DNA from: Verrucomicrobiota bacterium
GTDB lineage: Bacteria > Verrucomicrobiota > Kiritimatiellia > CAIQIC01
Reading direction: 5' to 3'
NCBI GenBank assembly: GCA_004321905.1
Contig: SCQF01000053.1
Coordinates: 39,192 to 103,191, forward strand
DNA: 64,000 nucleotides
Position 1 is the first letter of the stretch, and each line of letters starts with the position of its first letter. This document shows, in pieces, positions 46,519 through 55,939 of the stretch. The notes beneath the pieces are model-generated. The model searched no databases. It saw only the letters and a list, made by a program, of their open reading frames with translations, and had not been told where the DNA came from. The translations under genes and the position numbers were made by a program.

Positions 46519-47817
46519 ATGTCGCCGTTACAAAGTGATCTGGAGCGCTTGTTCACCCGCACGGGCCACGGCATCAAGTTTGGCCTCGAACCCACCGCTG
46601 CCCTACTCCACCGACTAGGCGATCCGCAGACGGCGTTGGCGCACGTACACGTCGCCGGCACCAACGGCAAAGGCTCCGTCTGCGCGCTGATCGAAAGCGT
46701 GCTACGCGCCGCCGGCCACCGCACCGCGCTCTATACCTCACCGCATCTCGTCCGCTTTAACGAGCGTATTCGCGTCAAGGGCCAGCCGATTGACGACGGG
46801 GCGCTCGCCGCCGTATTCCGCGACATCGAAGCCGCCGACCGTGCACAGGCCGCGACGCCCGGCGGACGCGAACTGACGTTTTTCGAGTTCACCACCGCGC
46901 TGGCGTTTGAATATTTCCGCCGCGTGGGCGCACAGATTTGCGTTTTGGAAACCGGTATGGGCGGACGACTCGACGCGACCAACGTGGTCACGCCGCTGGT
47001 TGCGGTGATTACAAGGATTGACCTTGAGCACACCGCTTTTCTTGGAAAAACACTGACGGAAATCGCCGGCGAAAAGGCCGGCATCATCAAGCCCGGACGG
47101 CCCGTCGTCTGCGGCCAGATGACGGAAGAAGCGCGCACGGTGATCCGCCGCGTCGCCCACGAACGCGGTGCGCGCTTTATCGCCGTCGAGGAAGCCGTCG
47201 GCGTGCGGCGGATGGCACAGACTTGGGATGGCCAGAAGGTGAAAATTGAGACGGCGAACGCCTCCTATCCGCCGATTACCGTACCGCTGCTCGGCGCGCA
47301 CCAACTGGAGAACATCGCGCTCGCCGCCGCCACGCTGGAATTACTGAACGATCTCTCACCGTTCGGCTGGGACGACAAAAGGTTGCGTACCGGTTTGGCG
47401 GACGTGCAGTGGCCGGGCCGCTGTCAGGTGCTTGAACGGCAACCGATCACGCTGCTCGACGTCGCGCACAATCCCAATGGTGCGACGGCCTTGGCCGCGA
47501 CGTTGCGCGAACTGGCCGGCAAAACGCCCGTCGGTTTGGTCTGCGGAATGTTGGGCGATAAAGATGCCGGCGGTTTCTTCAAGGCGCTCGCGCCACACGT
47601 GCAGAAGTGTTGGGCCGTACCGCTACCAAGCGAGCGTAATATGCCGGCGGCACAATTACGCGCCGCCATTGAAACAGCGGGACTGAAAGCCGATTTCCAA
47701 TCCTTGGAAAACGCACTCGCTGCTGCCCGCGCGTGGGCTGTGCAAAATCAAGGCCTCGTCTGCATCGCCGGCTCGCTCGTGCTCGCCGGCGAAGTGCTGC
47801 GCACGGCGGGCGCCTGA
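46519..47817 (+). CDS. folC: Folylpolyglutamate synthase / dihydrofolate synthase
   Basis: HVAGTNGKGS, YTSPHL..FNERI, ETGMGGRLDATN, EKAGIIK, WPGR, LDVAHN. Confidence 0.95.
   Translation: MSPLQSDLERLFTRTGHGIKFGLEPTAALLHRLGDPQTALAHVHVAGTNGKGSVCALIESVLRAAGHRTALYTSPHLVRFNERIRVKGQPIDDGALAAVFRDIEAADRAQAATPGGRELTFFEFTTALAFEYFRRVGAQICVLETGMGGRLDATNVVTPLVAVITRIDLEHTAFLGKTLTEIAGEKAGIIKPGRPVVCGQMTEEARTVIRRVAHERGARFIAVEEAVGVRRMAQTWDGQKVKIETANASYPPITVPLLGAHQLENIALAAATLELLNDLSPFGWDDKRLRTGLADVQWPGRCQVLERQPITLLDVAHNPNGATALAATLRELAGKTPVGLVCGMLGDKDAGGFFKALAPHVQKCWAVPLPSERNMPAAQLRAAIETAGLKADFQSLENALAAARAWAVQNQGLVCIAGSLVLAGEVLRTAGA
47694..47711. repeat. TTCCAA-N3-TTGGAA unit inside folC
   Basis: TTTCCAATCCTTGGAAAA encoding FQSLEN. 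Confidence 0.75.
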
Positions 47818-47959
47818 CTTCCCGGCGAATCAGGTGAGAGTAGCACCCTGCGCGCGCTCCAAGGTTGGTTCGCCGCGCTCCTGCTGCTGTGGGTCGGCGG
47901 CGCTTCCGCGATGACGCGGCCCATCGTGACGCCGGACCGGGCCAGCCGCGCGCCGGCCA

Positions 47960-48020
47960 CCAACAACCCACCCGACCGCCCACGTGGTGCACTTGGTCCT
48001 TGCATCGGCTGCCTTGGAAA
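47960..48020. repeat. 61-bp dispersed repeat, copy 2
   Basis: 57/61 identical to 1438-1498, same orientation. Confidence 0.9.
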
Positions 48021-48067
48021 TTCGCAAAAACTTGCCTCCGCCCAAAGCGCTGCCATAATCCGCCGCC

Positions 48068-48799
48068 ATGTCCACGGATGAACTAACCGGCGCGACGGGC
48101 GAAAAGCGCCCGCCGAATTTGCCGTTACGGCCCGACCAACTCATTTCGCTGGCGCGCGGTTTTGCGTGGATGGGCTGGGGTCTACTCGCGACTTTTCTAC
48201 TACTGCTCGGTTTGCTGGAATGGCATCTGCCGCGCCTGCTGGCCGGACTGCCATCTTACGCCATTGGCGCGACCCTCACGCTGTTCGGCGGCATGTTGTG
48301 GTGGCGCGCCGCTGAACAAACACGTCCATGGCAGCGCCACGCGCGCTTGGCCGTGGCGTTGGCCGCGCTGCAAATCTATTTTGCGCCGTTCGTGCGGTGG
48401 TGGCGCCACGATCTCAACGATATTCAACTTTATCTCAACAGCATGGCGCTGCCGGCCTGCCTGATGTTGCTGGCGTGGACTCTTGCGCGCCAAGCCGAGG
48501 AGACGGGCCGGATGCTCGCCGATCACGCGCTCGTGACGGAAGCGCGCCTCGGTCGCCGCACGTTGATTTTGCCGGTGTTGGCGCTGACGATGCTGCTCGC
48601 GGCCTACGAAACCGCCGTACTCGCCGATATGCCGCTGCCGAAGCCGATCTCCGTCGCACTGCCCGGCATGGCCATGCCGCCGTGGCTGATGGCAGCATAT
48701 TTGGGCGCAATTTCCATGACCGTCAGCCTCTGCTGGCGCGCCACGCATGCCTGCCACCACGCGCTGGTGCAATCCGCCAAGTTGTCGGGAAAATCATGA
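48068..48799 (+). CDS. Hypothetical multi-pass membrane protein
   Basis: Several hydrophobic segments; stop overlaps the next ATG. Confidence 0.7.
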   Translation: MSTDELTGATGEKRPPNLPLRPDQLISLARGFAWMGWGLLATFLLLLGLLEWHLPRLLAGLPSYAIGATLTLFGGMLWWRAAEQTRPWQRHARLAVALAALQIYFAPFVRWWRHDLNDIQLYLNSMALPACLMLLAWTLARQAEETGRMLADHALVTEARLGRRTLILPVLALTMLLAAYETAVLADMPLPKPISVALPGMAMPPWLMAAYLGAISMTVSLCWRATHACHHALVQSAKLSGKS

Positions 48800-49500
48800 G
48801 CGGCGCCATGTTGCGGTTTCTGAAATTTCTGATCGGGCTGGCGCTGATTCCGGCGTGCGTCGCGGCAACACGCGCGGCGCTCAAGCTGGTGCTGGCGCTC
48901 AAGCCGCTGGAAGGCTTCAACGCGTCAGCGTGGGGCTTCGTCATCGGCTTCGCGTTCTGGGTGTTCCTCTACCTTGCGCTATCCGCGCCAATCCGCACCT
49001 ATGTCCTCGCCCACGAACTGACCCACGCGCTCTGGGGCTTGGCGATGGGCGCGCGCGTCAAGCGGATGAAAGTTTCCAGCGCCGGCGGCAGCGTCACGCT
49101 GACCAAATCCAACGTACTCATCACGCTCGCGCCCTACTTTTTCCCGCTCTATACGATTCTCGTCGTCATCGCCTACCTGGCGTGCGGACGGTTCTTCGAC
49201 CTACGCACCTACCACCCGTTCTGGCTCGGCCTGATGGGCCTGACGTGGGCGTTCCACCTGACGTTCACGTTGCACGCGCTGCGGCAGCGCCAGCCTGACA
49301 TTTTGGAGCATGGCCGCGTTTTCTCGTGGACGCTGATCTACCTCATCAACATGCTGACGCTCGGCGTCTGGATCGTCGTCATCGCCTCGCCGTCGCTCGC
49401 CGACTTTGGCGGACTGCTCCTGCGCGAGTTGCGCTGGGCGCTTGAAGAATATACCGCGCTGCTGGATATCATCCGCCACGGCATTCATTTGCTGATTTGA
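48796..49500 (+). CDS. Membrane metalloprotease-like protein (M50B-like)
   Basis: YVLAHELTHA (HExxH), GGSV, LAPYF; multiple TMs. Confidence 0.72.
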   Translation: MSGAMLRFLKFLIGLALIPACVAATRAALKLVLALKPLEGFNASAWGFVIGFAFWVFLYLALSAPIRTYVLAHELTHALWGLAMGARVKRMKVSSAGGSVTLTKSNVLITLAPYFFPLYTILVVIAYLACGRFFDLRTYHPFWLGLMGLTWAFHLTFTLHALRQRQPDILEHGRVFSWTLIYLINMLTLGVWIVVIASPSLADFGGLLLRELRWALEEYTALLDIIRHGIHLLI

Positions 49501-49509
49501 AACGCACTG

Positions 49510-49556
49510 TTTCCAAGGCTTGGAAAAACCATCGTTTCACTTTTCCAACCCTTGGA
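49510..49556. repeat. TTCCAA-N3-TTGGAA palindrome pair
   Basis: Cores at 49513 and 49545 (32 bp). Confidence 0.9.
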
Positions 49557-49655
49557 CTTGTCCGCCGTAACTCTTGAGCGAAGGCGGAAAACCCGCCACC
49601 CGCGGTTGCACCGTCAAGGGCTTTGGCGTAAAATGCCGCAACAGGAGATGAAAAC

Positions 49656-50681
49656 ATGGACGTAAAAACAAAATGTTCCCATACCGGTTTTTGGATCGCT
49701 TTGATTTTGCTCGGCACCGGACTCGGCATCAGCGCGTTGATGAACCTCGGCCTCATCGTCGGCATGGCGGTCAGCCATGTGCCCCGACCGGATTTTGCCG
49801 CGCGCGGCGGCGAAGACGAATATCCCCGGCTGGTCGAGCGCTGGTCCTACGGCAAGGGACGAGCCAAAGCCATCCGCATCGAACTCGAAGGCGCGATCTT
49901 CCGCGAACGCGTGGACGGGCTGTTTTCCTCCTCGCGCTATGACAAGGTCGAGGAAATTTTGCGCCAGATTCGCGCCGCGCAAGCCGACGACACCGTACGC
50001 GCGATCATTCTGGAAGTGGATTCTCCCGGCGGTGCAATCACGCCGAGCGATGAAATTTATCGCGCACTGCAACACTTCAAGCAGAACGGCCACGAGCGCA
50101 AAGTCGTCGTATTTGTCCGCGATCTCGCGGCGTCCGGCGGCTACTATGTTTCCATGGCGGCGGACCGTATCATCGCCGAGCCAACCGCCGTGGTCGGTTC
50201 CATCGGCGTGATCGCACAGTCGCTCAACTGGAAAGGCTTGAGCGAAAAGATCGGCATCACCGATGTGACGATCAAATCCGGTGCGAACAAGGACCTGCTC
50301 AATCCGTTCCACGACGTACCCCCAGAACAGCGCGCGCTACTGCAAGCGCTGATTGACGATATGTATAACCGCTTCCTCGGTATCGTGGTCAAGGGTCGGA
50401 AGCTCGACGCGGCCTCCTTCAAGCCGCTCGCCGATGGCCGCGTCTTCACGGCCGACGAAGCGCTCAAACTTAAACTGGTGGATGAGCTCGGCTATTTCGA
50501 TCAAGCGCTCGCCGCCACGCGCAAGCTGCTGGGCGAAAAAAATCTGCGGGTGATGCGCTATGAGCAACCGTCCGACTTCTTTGGTCTCTTTGCCTCCGCG
50601 AGCGGCCCGCAACAGCTACTGCATAACTTGGATCCGCTACAGGCCGAGAAAGTTCGTCTGATGTATCTCTGGCGCCCTTGA
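49656..50681 (+). CDS. sppA: Signal peptide peptidase SppA (S49)
   Basis: VDSPGG, AASGGYY, GSIGVI, ADGRVFT, LVDELG. Confidence 0.92.
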   Translation: MDVKTKCSHTGFWIALILLGTGLGISALMNLGLIVGMAVSHVPRPDFAARGGEDEYPRLVERWSYGKGRAKAIRIELEGAIFRERVDGLFSSSRYDKVEEILRQIRAAQADDTVRAIILEVDSPGGAITPSDEIYRALQHFKQNGHERKVVVFVRDLAASGGYYVSMAADRIIAEPTAVVGSIGVIAQSLNWKGLSEKIGITDVTIKSGANKDLLNPFHDVPPEQRALLQALIDDMYNRFLGIVVKGRKLDAASFKPLADGRVFTADEALKLKLVDELGYFDQALAATRKLLGEKNLRVMRYEQPSDFFGLFASASGPQQLLHNLDPLQAEKVRLMYLWRP

Positions 50682-50782
50682 AGAATTTAGCCACGAAAAT
50701 GCACAAAAAGCTCAAGTTGCCTGACTCTTTTGTGTTGCTTGTGCTTCTTTGCGGCGATTTTGGGTTTCTATAAAGGAGCTGT

Positions 50783-51076
50783 ATGCATGTGACGTTGGTT
50801 CATGTTCAGGTCAAACCCGAACATGCCGTTGAATTCATCGCCGCCACCCGGCGCAACCACGCAGCTTCTGTTCGTGAACCGGGCAACCGCCGCTTCGATG
50901 TGCTGCAAGCACCGGACGATCCTTGCCGCTTCGTTCTCTACGAAGCCTATGCCACCGCCGCTGATGCCGCCGCGCACAAGCAAACCGCCCATTATCTCGC
51001 GTGGCGCGATACCGTCGCCCCCTGGATGGCCACCCCGCGCCGCGGCGAGCCGATGAAATGCCTCTGTCCGTCATGA
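50783..51076 (+). CDS. ABM-domain monooxygenase/isomerase (LsrG-like)
   Basis: REPGNRRFDVLQ, FVLYEAY, AAHKQTAHY..WRD; RBS AAGGAG. Confidence 0.85.
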   Translation: MHVTLVHVQVKPEHAVEFIAATRRNHAASVREPGNRRFDVLQAPDDPCRFVLYEAYATAADAAAHKQTAHYLAWRDTVAPWMATPRRGEPMKCLCPS

Positions 51077-51106
51077 TTTATTCGCTCGGCGGGTGTAGGT
51101 TATTAC

Positions 51107-52198
51107 ATGGAAAACAGCTCCTCCAGCGTGCCGACAAAATACTGGCACAAGTTGCCGGATGGGCGGGTGCAGTGCGACACCTGCCCACGCCATTGCCAAC
51201 TCAAGAATGGCCGGCGCGGTGTTTGTTTTGTCCGCGCCTGCGAAAACGACCAGATCGTTCTGACCACCTACGGCCGCTCCAGCGGTTTCTGCATTGATCC
51301 GATTGAAAAGAAACCGCTCAACCATTTTCTGCCCGGCACGGCGATCCTTTCCTTCGGCACCGCCGGCTGCAACCTGACCTGTAAATTCTGCCAGAACTGG
51401 CATATCAGCCATTCCCGCGAGATGGAAGTGCTGGCCGAAGCCGCCACGCCGGAAACCATCGCGCGCGCCGCCCAAACGCTCGGTTGCCGTAGTGTCGCCT
51501 TCACCTACAACGATCCGGTTGTCTTCCTCGAATACGCGGTGGATGTGGCCAAGGCCTGCCACGCGGTCGGCGTCAAAACCGTCGCCGTCACCGCCGGCTA
51601 TATCTGCGCCGAACCGCGTCGCGATTTTTTCGCTCACATGGACGCCGCCAACGTGGACCTCAAAGGTTTTACCGACGATTTCTACGCCAAATTTTGCGGC
51701 GCGCGTCTGACGCCGGTACTCGAAACGCTGATCTACCTCGTCCGCGAGACCAAGGTTTGGGTGGAACTCACCACGCTTCTGATCCCCAGCGCGAACGATT
51801 CCGACGCCGGGTTGGACGCCATGACCAAATGGATTTTCCGCGAACTCGGCCCGCACGTGCCGCTCCACTTCACCGCGTTCCATCCCGCCGGTCAGTTGCT
51901 GGATCGTCACCCCACCCCACCAGCGACGTTGACCCGCGCCCGCGAACTCGCGCTGAAAAACGGACTGCGTTACGTCTTCACCGGCAACGTCCGCGATCCC
52001 GCCGGTGCCGCGACCTATTGCCCCGCGTGCGGCAAGCTCGTCATCGGTCGCGACGGCTACGAGATCACCGCCTGGCATCTCACCGGCGGACGCTGCCAAT
52101 TTTGCGCCGCGCCGATTGCCGGCGTGTTCGAGGAGCAGGCCGGCGATTGGGGCGGCGACTGTGTACCGGTGGATATTGAGCGTTTCGTTAACGCGTGA
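51107..52198 (+). CDS. amrS: AmmeMemoRadiSam-system radical SAM enzyme
   Basis: N-terminal CDTCPRHC, DPIEKKPLNHF, GCNLTCKFCQNW, AFTYNDP, C-terminal TYCPACG. Confidence 0.88.
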   Translation: MENSSSSVPTKYWHKLPDGRVQCDTCPRHCQLKNGRRGVCFVRACENDQIVLTTYGRSSGFCIDPIEKKPLNHFLPGTAILSFGTAGCNLTCKFCQNWHISHSREMEVLAEAATPETIARAAQTLGCRSVAFTYNDPVVFLEYAVDVAKACHAVGVKTVAVTAGYICAEPRRDFFAHMDAANVDLKGFTDDFYAKFCGARLTPVLETLIYLVRETKVWVELTTLLIPSANDSDAGLDAMTKWIFRELGPHVPLHFTAFHPAGQLLDRHPTPPATLTRARELALKNGLRYVFTGNVRDPAGAATYCPACGKLVIGRDGYEITAWHLTGGRCQFCAAPIAGVFEEQAGDWGGDCVPVDIERFVNA

Positions 52199-52208
52199 GT
52201 TGCGCCAC

Positions 52209-52227
52209 TTTTCCAAGCCTTGGAAAA
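52209..52227. repeat. TTCCAA-N3-TTGGAA palindrome, single
   Basis: TTTTCCAAGCCTTGGAAAA. Confidence 0.9.
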
Positions 52228-52257
52228 TCAGCATAAACAATCTATTTTACCGCGCCG

Positions 52258-52806
52258 ATGAACGACGAACTTTTCGAGATTGTGGATGAATCCGGCAAAG
52301 TGCTCGGCCTCCGACCGCGCCGTGAGTGTCACGGCAATCCGGCGCTGATTCACCAAGCCGTACACGTATTGGTCTTCAACCAGCGTGGTGATTTATTTTT
52401 GCAGAGGCGCGCCCTGACGAAGGATATTCAGCCGGGCAAATGGGATTCATCCGTCGGCGGCCACCTGCAGCCGGGCGAGACGCCGGAACAGGCCGCGCGC
52501 CGCGAAGCCGAGGAAGAATTGGGGCTGCGCAACACTGCGTTGCGCTTTGCCTATCAATATCTCTGGCGCTCGCCGCGCGAGACGGAATTGATTCGCACGT
52601 TTATGGCCTGCAGCGAGGGCCCTTTTCAATTGCAGGCGGAAGAAATTGATGAAGGCCGCTTTTGGTCGCTCGCGGAAATTGAAGCACAACTGGACCGGGA
52701 TTGCTTCACACCCAATTTTGAGCACGAGTTCCGCACCTATTCCGCCCAAGTTGGGAAGGCAGCCGCTTTCTGTCAACGGGGTTTTGTTTGCGCAATCCAT
52801 CGTTGA
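52258..52806 (+). CDS. NUDIX hydrolase (IDI-like)
   Basis: HQAVHVLVFN, LQRR..KDIQPGKWD, GET...AARREAEEELG. Confidence 0.9.
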   Translation: MNDELFEIVDESGKVLGLRPRRECHGNPALIHQAVHVLVFNQRGDLFLQRRALTKDIQPGKWDSSVGGHLQPGETPEQAARREAEEELGLRNTALRFAYQYLWRSPRETELIRTFMACSEGPFQLQAEEIDEGRFWSLAEIEAQLDRDCFTPNFEHEFRTYSAQVGKAAAFCQRGFVCAIHR

Positions 52807-52842
52807 CCTCCGCTCGATCCGGTCTCATGCTGGCGCCGACGC

Positions 52843-53877
52843 ATGACAACCACACAACCTAACGACAAAGCCATGCGGCCGCTACTGGAGTGGCTGCTAG
52901 CGCAGTATCCTGATACGCCAAAGACACGAGCCAAACAATGGATCGCCGCGGGCCGCGTGAGTGTGAACGGGAAAATCATCCGCCTGCCCCATCAATTGCT
53001 ATCCAATCCCGCAGGCACCTTGGAATTACACGATCGGCGCGCCACGGCGTTGGAGTGCGGACCGACCGGCTGGCAAATTCATCCGCGCGTTACGCTGCTC
53101 CACATTGATGCCGCGCTGGCCGTCGTGAACAAAGGCCCGGGCCTGCTTGCGGTACCGGCCCAGCACGACGACACCTCCGCGCTCGGCCTGCTGGCTGATT
53201 TTTTGACCGGTGCTTTGCGCGCCAATACTCGCGGCGCGGGCGGACGCGGATATTCTTTACCGCCCGCCTATCGCCGACTCCATCCGCTACCCGTACACCG
53301 GCTCGACCAGTACACCAGCGGCGTCTTTTGTATGGCCATGAATCCAAGCGCACGCCAGCACTTGATCGCCCAACTGCAGACCCGCGCCATGCGCCGCGAG
53401 TACGTGGCCTATGTGGAAGGCCGCCCCACCCAACCCCGGGGTACCTGGCGGAACTGGTTGAAACTGCGCGACGATGAAATGCGCCAGTTCGTCATCACCG
53501 ATACAGAGGCCCAGTTGGCCGGAGACGCCGCGGTCGAGGCGATCACGCACTACGAAGTGCTGACGGAGTTTCCGCTGACCGGCGGCGCCGGCATCGTCAG
53601 CAAACTACGCTTTCGACTGGAAACCGGCTGCAAGCACCAGATTCGCGCCCAAGCCGCCTACGCGGGCCTGCCGTTGGTGGGCGATCATGTTTATAACCGA
53701 AAATATCGCGAAAACGCCCCCCAAACTCCGCGGATTAATTTTCCGCGTCAGGCCCTGCATGCCGCCATGCTGAGTCTGGAGCACCCTGCACCACCCCATG
53801 AACGCAGGACGTGGACCGCCGCCTTGCCGAAGGATTTATTCAAGCTCGAAACCTTGCTCCGCACCGGCCGCATCTAA
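52843..53877 (+). CDS. RluA-family pseudouridine synthase
   Basis: S4-like N-terminus, NKGPGL, VHRLDQYTSG, LETG.KHQIR, GD..Y, RQALHA. Confidence 0.9.
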   Translation: MTTTQPNDKAMRPLLEWLLAQYPDTPKTRAKQWIAAGRVSVNGKIIRLPHQLLSNPAGTLELHDRRATALECGPTGWQIHPRVTLLHIDAALAVVNKGPGLLAVPAQHDDTSALGLLADFLTGALRANTRGAGGRGYSLPPAYRRLHPLPVHRLDQYTSGVFCMAMNPSARQHLIAQLQTRAMRREYVAYVEGRPTQPRGTWRNWLKLRDDEMRQFVITDTEAQLAGDAAVEAITHYEVLTEFPLTGGAGIVSKLRFRLETGCKHQIRAQAAYAGLPLVGDHVYNRKYRENAPQTPRINFPRQALHAAMLSLEHPAPPHERRTWTAALPKDLFKLETLLRTGRI

Positions 53878-53889
53878 CGTCACGCTGGA

Positions 53890-53939
53890 TTTTCCAAGGC
53901 TTGGAAACGGGAATATGTCGTTTTCCCAAACCTTGGAAA
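53890..53939. repeat. TTCCAA-N3-TTGGAA palindrome pair
   Basis: Cores at 53894 and 53926 (32 bp). Confidence 0.9.
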
Positions 53940-54032
53940 CCCCTGAAAAACTTTCGTCGTATCACCGCTTTGTTGGCATGTTCACTGCTTAAAATTAAAG
54001 ACGAAGCTCAAATTTCGCACGAAAGGTTACTT

Positions 54033-54410
54033 ATGGTAAACACGCTATTGGTCATAGATGACGGCGAGAACATGGAAGCGCTGCTCGGCAGGGCGGCCCA
54101 GCTATATATGCCCGACCTGAAAATCATCGGCGCGAAGACGGGCGCGGAGGGGTTGGGAAAAGCCCGCGCAGCGCAGCCGCAGGCGGTGGTGCTGGACGTC
54201 AAACTTCCGGATGTTGATGGGTTCGAGGTCTGCCGCCAACTGCGCGCGGATCCGCTCACCAAAAACGCATGTATCATTATGATTTCCGGCGTGGCCCGCG
54301 AACCCAGCGACGTCGTAAAAGGCGAAAGAGCCGGTGCTGATGATTATATTTTCAAACCCTTTAACATCACCGACCTGCTAACACGCCTGGAAAAACTGCT
54401 GAAACGCTAA
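54033..54410 (+). CDS. Single-domain response regulator
   Basis: LVIDD, VVLDVKLPDVDG, GADDYIFKPF. Confidence 0.9.
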   Translation: MVNTLLVIDDGENMEALLGRAAQLYMPDLKIIGAKTGAEGLGKARAAQPQAVVLDVKLPDVDGFEVCRQLRADPLTKNACIIMISGVAREPSDVVKGERAGADDYIFKPFNITDLLTRLEKLLKR

Positions 54411-54444
54411 TTCGTCTGTCCCGCCCCGGCAATTGCGTAGAAAG

Positions 54445-54495
54445 TTTTCCAATCCTTGAAAACATACGGCGTGAAATTTCCCAAACCTTGGAAAA
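54445..54495. repeat. TTCCAA-N3-TTGGAA palindrome pair
   Basis: Cores at 54449 and 54481 (32 bp); abuts the gatB stop. Confidence 0.9.
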
Positions 54496-55920
54496 TCAGG
54501 ATAGCTTGCGTTTGAGCAGATCGTTGACAAGACCGGGGTTGGCTTTGCCCTTGCTGAGCTTCATCACTTGGCCGATGAGGGCTTTCAGGGCGGCTTCTTT
54601 GCCGCCTTTATAGTCGGCGACGGTCTTGGCGTTGGCGGCGATGGCTTCGTCCACAAACTTTTCGATTGCGCCGGTGTCGCTGACTTGGGCAAGGCCCTTG
54701 GCTTTGACGATCTCCTCCGGCTCCCCGCCCTGTGCGAACATGATTTCAAAAACTTCTTTCGCCGTGGAGATGTTGATGATCTTGACCTCGACGAGATTGA
54801 CGAGGCTCGCAAGTTGCGCGGGCGTGATCTTGAGTTCGCCGATGGCCAGATGCTGTTCGGTAAGCTTCGCGAGTACCGTGGTCATGATCCAGTTGGAGGC
54901 GGACTTGGCGCTCTTGGAAAGTTTGGCGGTGGCTTCAAAGTAATTGGCCACGGCCTGATCGACGGCGAGGACGTTGGCATCATATTCGGGGATGCCGTAG
55001 TCGCGCATCATCCGAGCGCGGCGGTTTTCGGGCAGTTCCGGCAAAGCCCTGGCCCAGTCGTCAATCTGCGCCGGCGTCAGCACAATCGGGAGCAGGTCGG
55101 GTTCGGGAAAATAGCGGTAGTCGTGGGCTTCTTCCTTGCTGCGCATCGCGAGCGTCACACCGGCGAGATCGTCCCAGCGGCGCGTCTCCTGCCGGATGCG
55201 GCCACCTTTTTCCAACTCAGAAATCTGGCGGGTGATTTCATAGGAAAGCGCGCGATAAACGCCCTTGAAGGTGTTCATGTTCTTCAGCTCGGTCTTCGTG
55301 CCAAGCTTGTCCTGTCCGACCGGGCGGACGGAGGAATTCACGTCGCACCGTAGGTTGCCTTCTTCGAGGTTCACATCACTAACGCCGCCGTAGGCGAGAA
55401 TTTCCTTGAGCGCTTCGAGAAACGCCAGCGCCTCATCGGCACTGGCGATATCAGGCTCGGTGACGATCTCCATCAGCGGCGTGCCGGCGCGGTTGAAGTC
55501 AATGCCGCTGGAGGCGGCGAAATGCATGTTCTTGCCCACGTCTTCCTCGATGTGGATGCGGGTGAGACCAATCATTTTCTTGGAACCATCGGCCAGCTTG
55601 ATCTCGATGCCGCCACCGAGGCAGAGCGGCTGGTCATATTGCGAGATTTGGTAGTTCTTGGGCATGTCCGGATAATAATAGTTCTTCCGGTCCATTTTGC
55701 TGTACGGATTGATTTTGCAGCCGAGCATCAGGCCGGAAAAAACGGTGAGACGGATCGCCTCCGAATTCATCGCGGGCATCGCGCCGGGATAGCCGAGGCA
55801 GACCGGGCAGACGCGGGTGTTTGGCGGCGCGCCGAAGGTCGTCGGGCAGCCGCAGAATATCTTCGTCCGTGTCTTCAATTGAACGTGTACTTCCAGACCA
55901 ATGTTGGCGACAAAGTTCAT
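54496..55920 (-). CDS. gatB: Asp/Glu-tRNA amidotransferase subunit B
   Basis: IGLEVHVQL, DRKNYYYPD, RIHIEEDVGK, NRAGTPLMEIV, DYRYFPEPDL. Confidence 0.98.
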   Translation of the reverse strand: MNFVANIGLEVHVQLKTRTKIFCGCPTTFGAPPNTRVCPVCLGYPGAMPAMNSEAIRLTVFSGLMLGCKINPYSKMDRKNYYYPDMPKNYQISQYDQPLCLGGGIEIKLADGSKKMIGLTRIHIEEDVGKNMHFAASSGIDFNRAGTPLMEIVTEPDIASADEALAFLEALKEILAYGGVSDVNLEEGNLRCDVNSSVRPVGQDKLGTKTELKNMNTFKGVYRALSYEITRQISELEKGGRIRQETRRWDDLAGVTLAMRSKEEAHDYRYFPEPDLLPIVLTPAQIDDWARALPELPENRRARMMRDYGIPEYDANVLAVDQAVANYFEATAKLSKSAKSASNWIMTTVLAKLTEQHLAIGELKITPAQLASLVNLVEVKIINISTAKEVFEIMFAQGGEPEEIVKAKGLAQVSDTGAIEKFVDEAIAANAKTVADYKGGKEAALKALIGQVMKLSKGKANPGLVNDLLKRKLS

Positions 55921-55939
55921 GATGATTGTTAGCTGAAGG

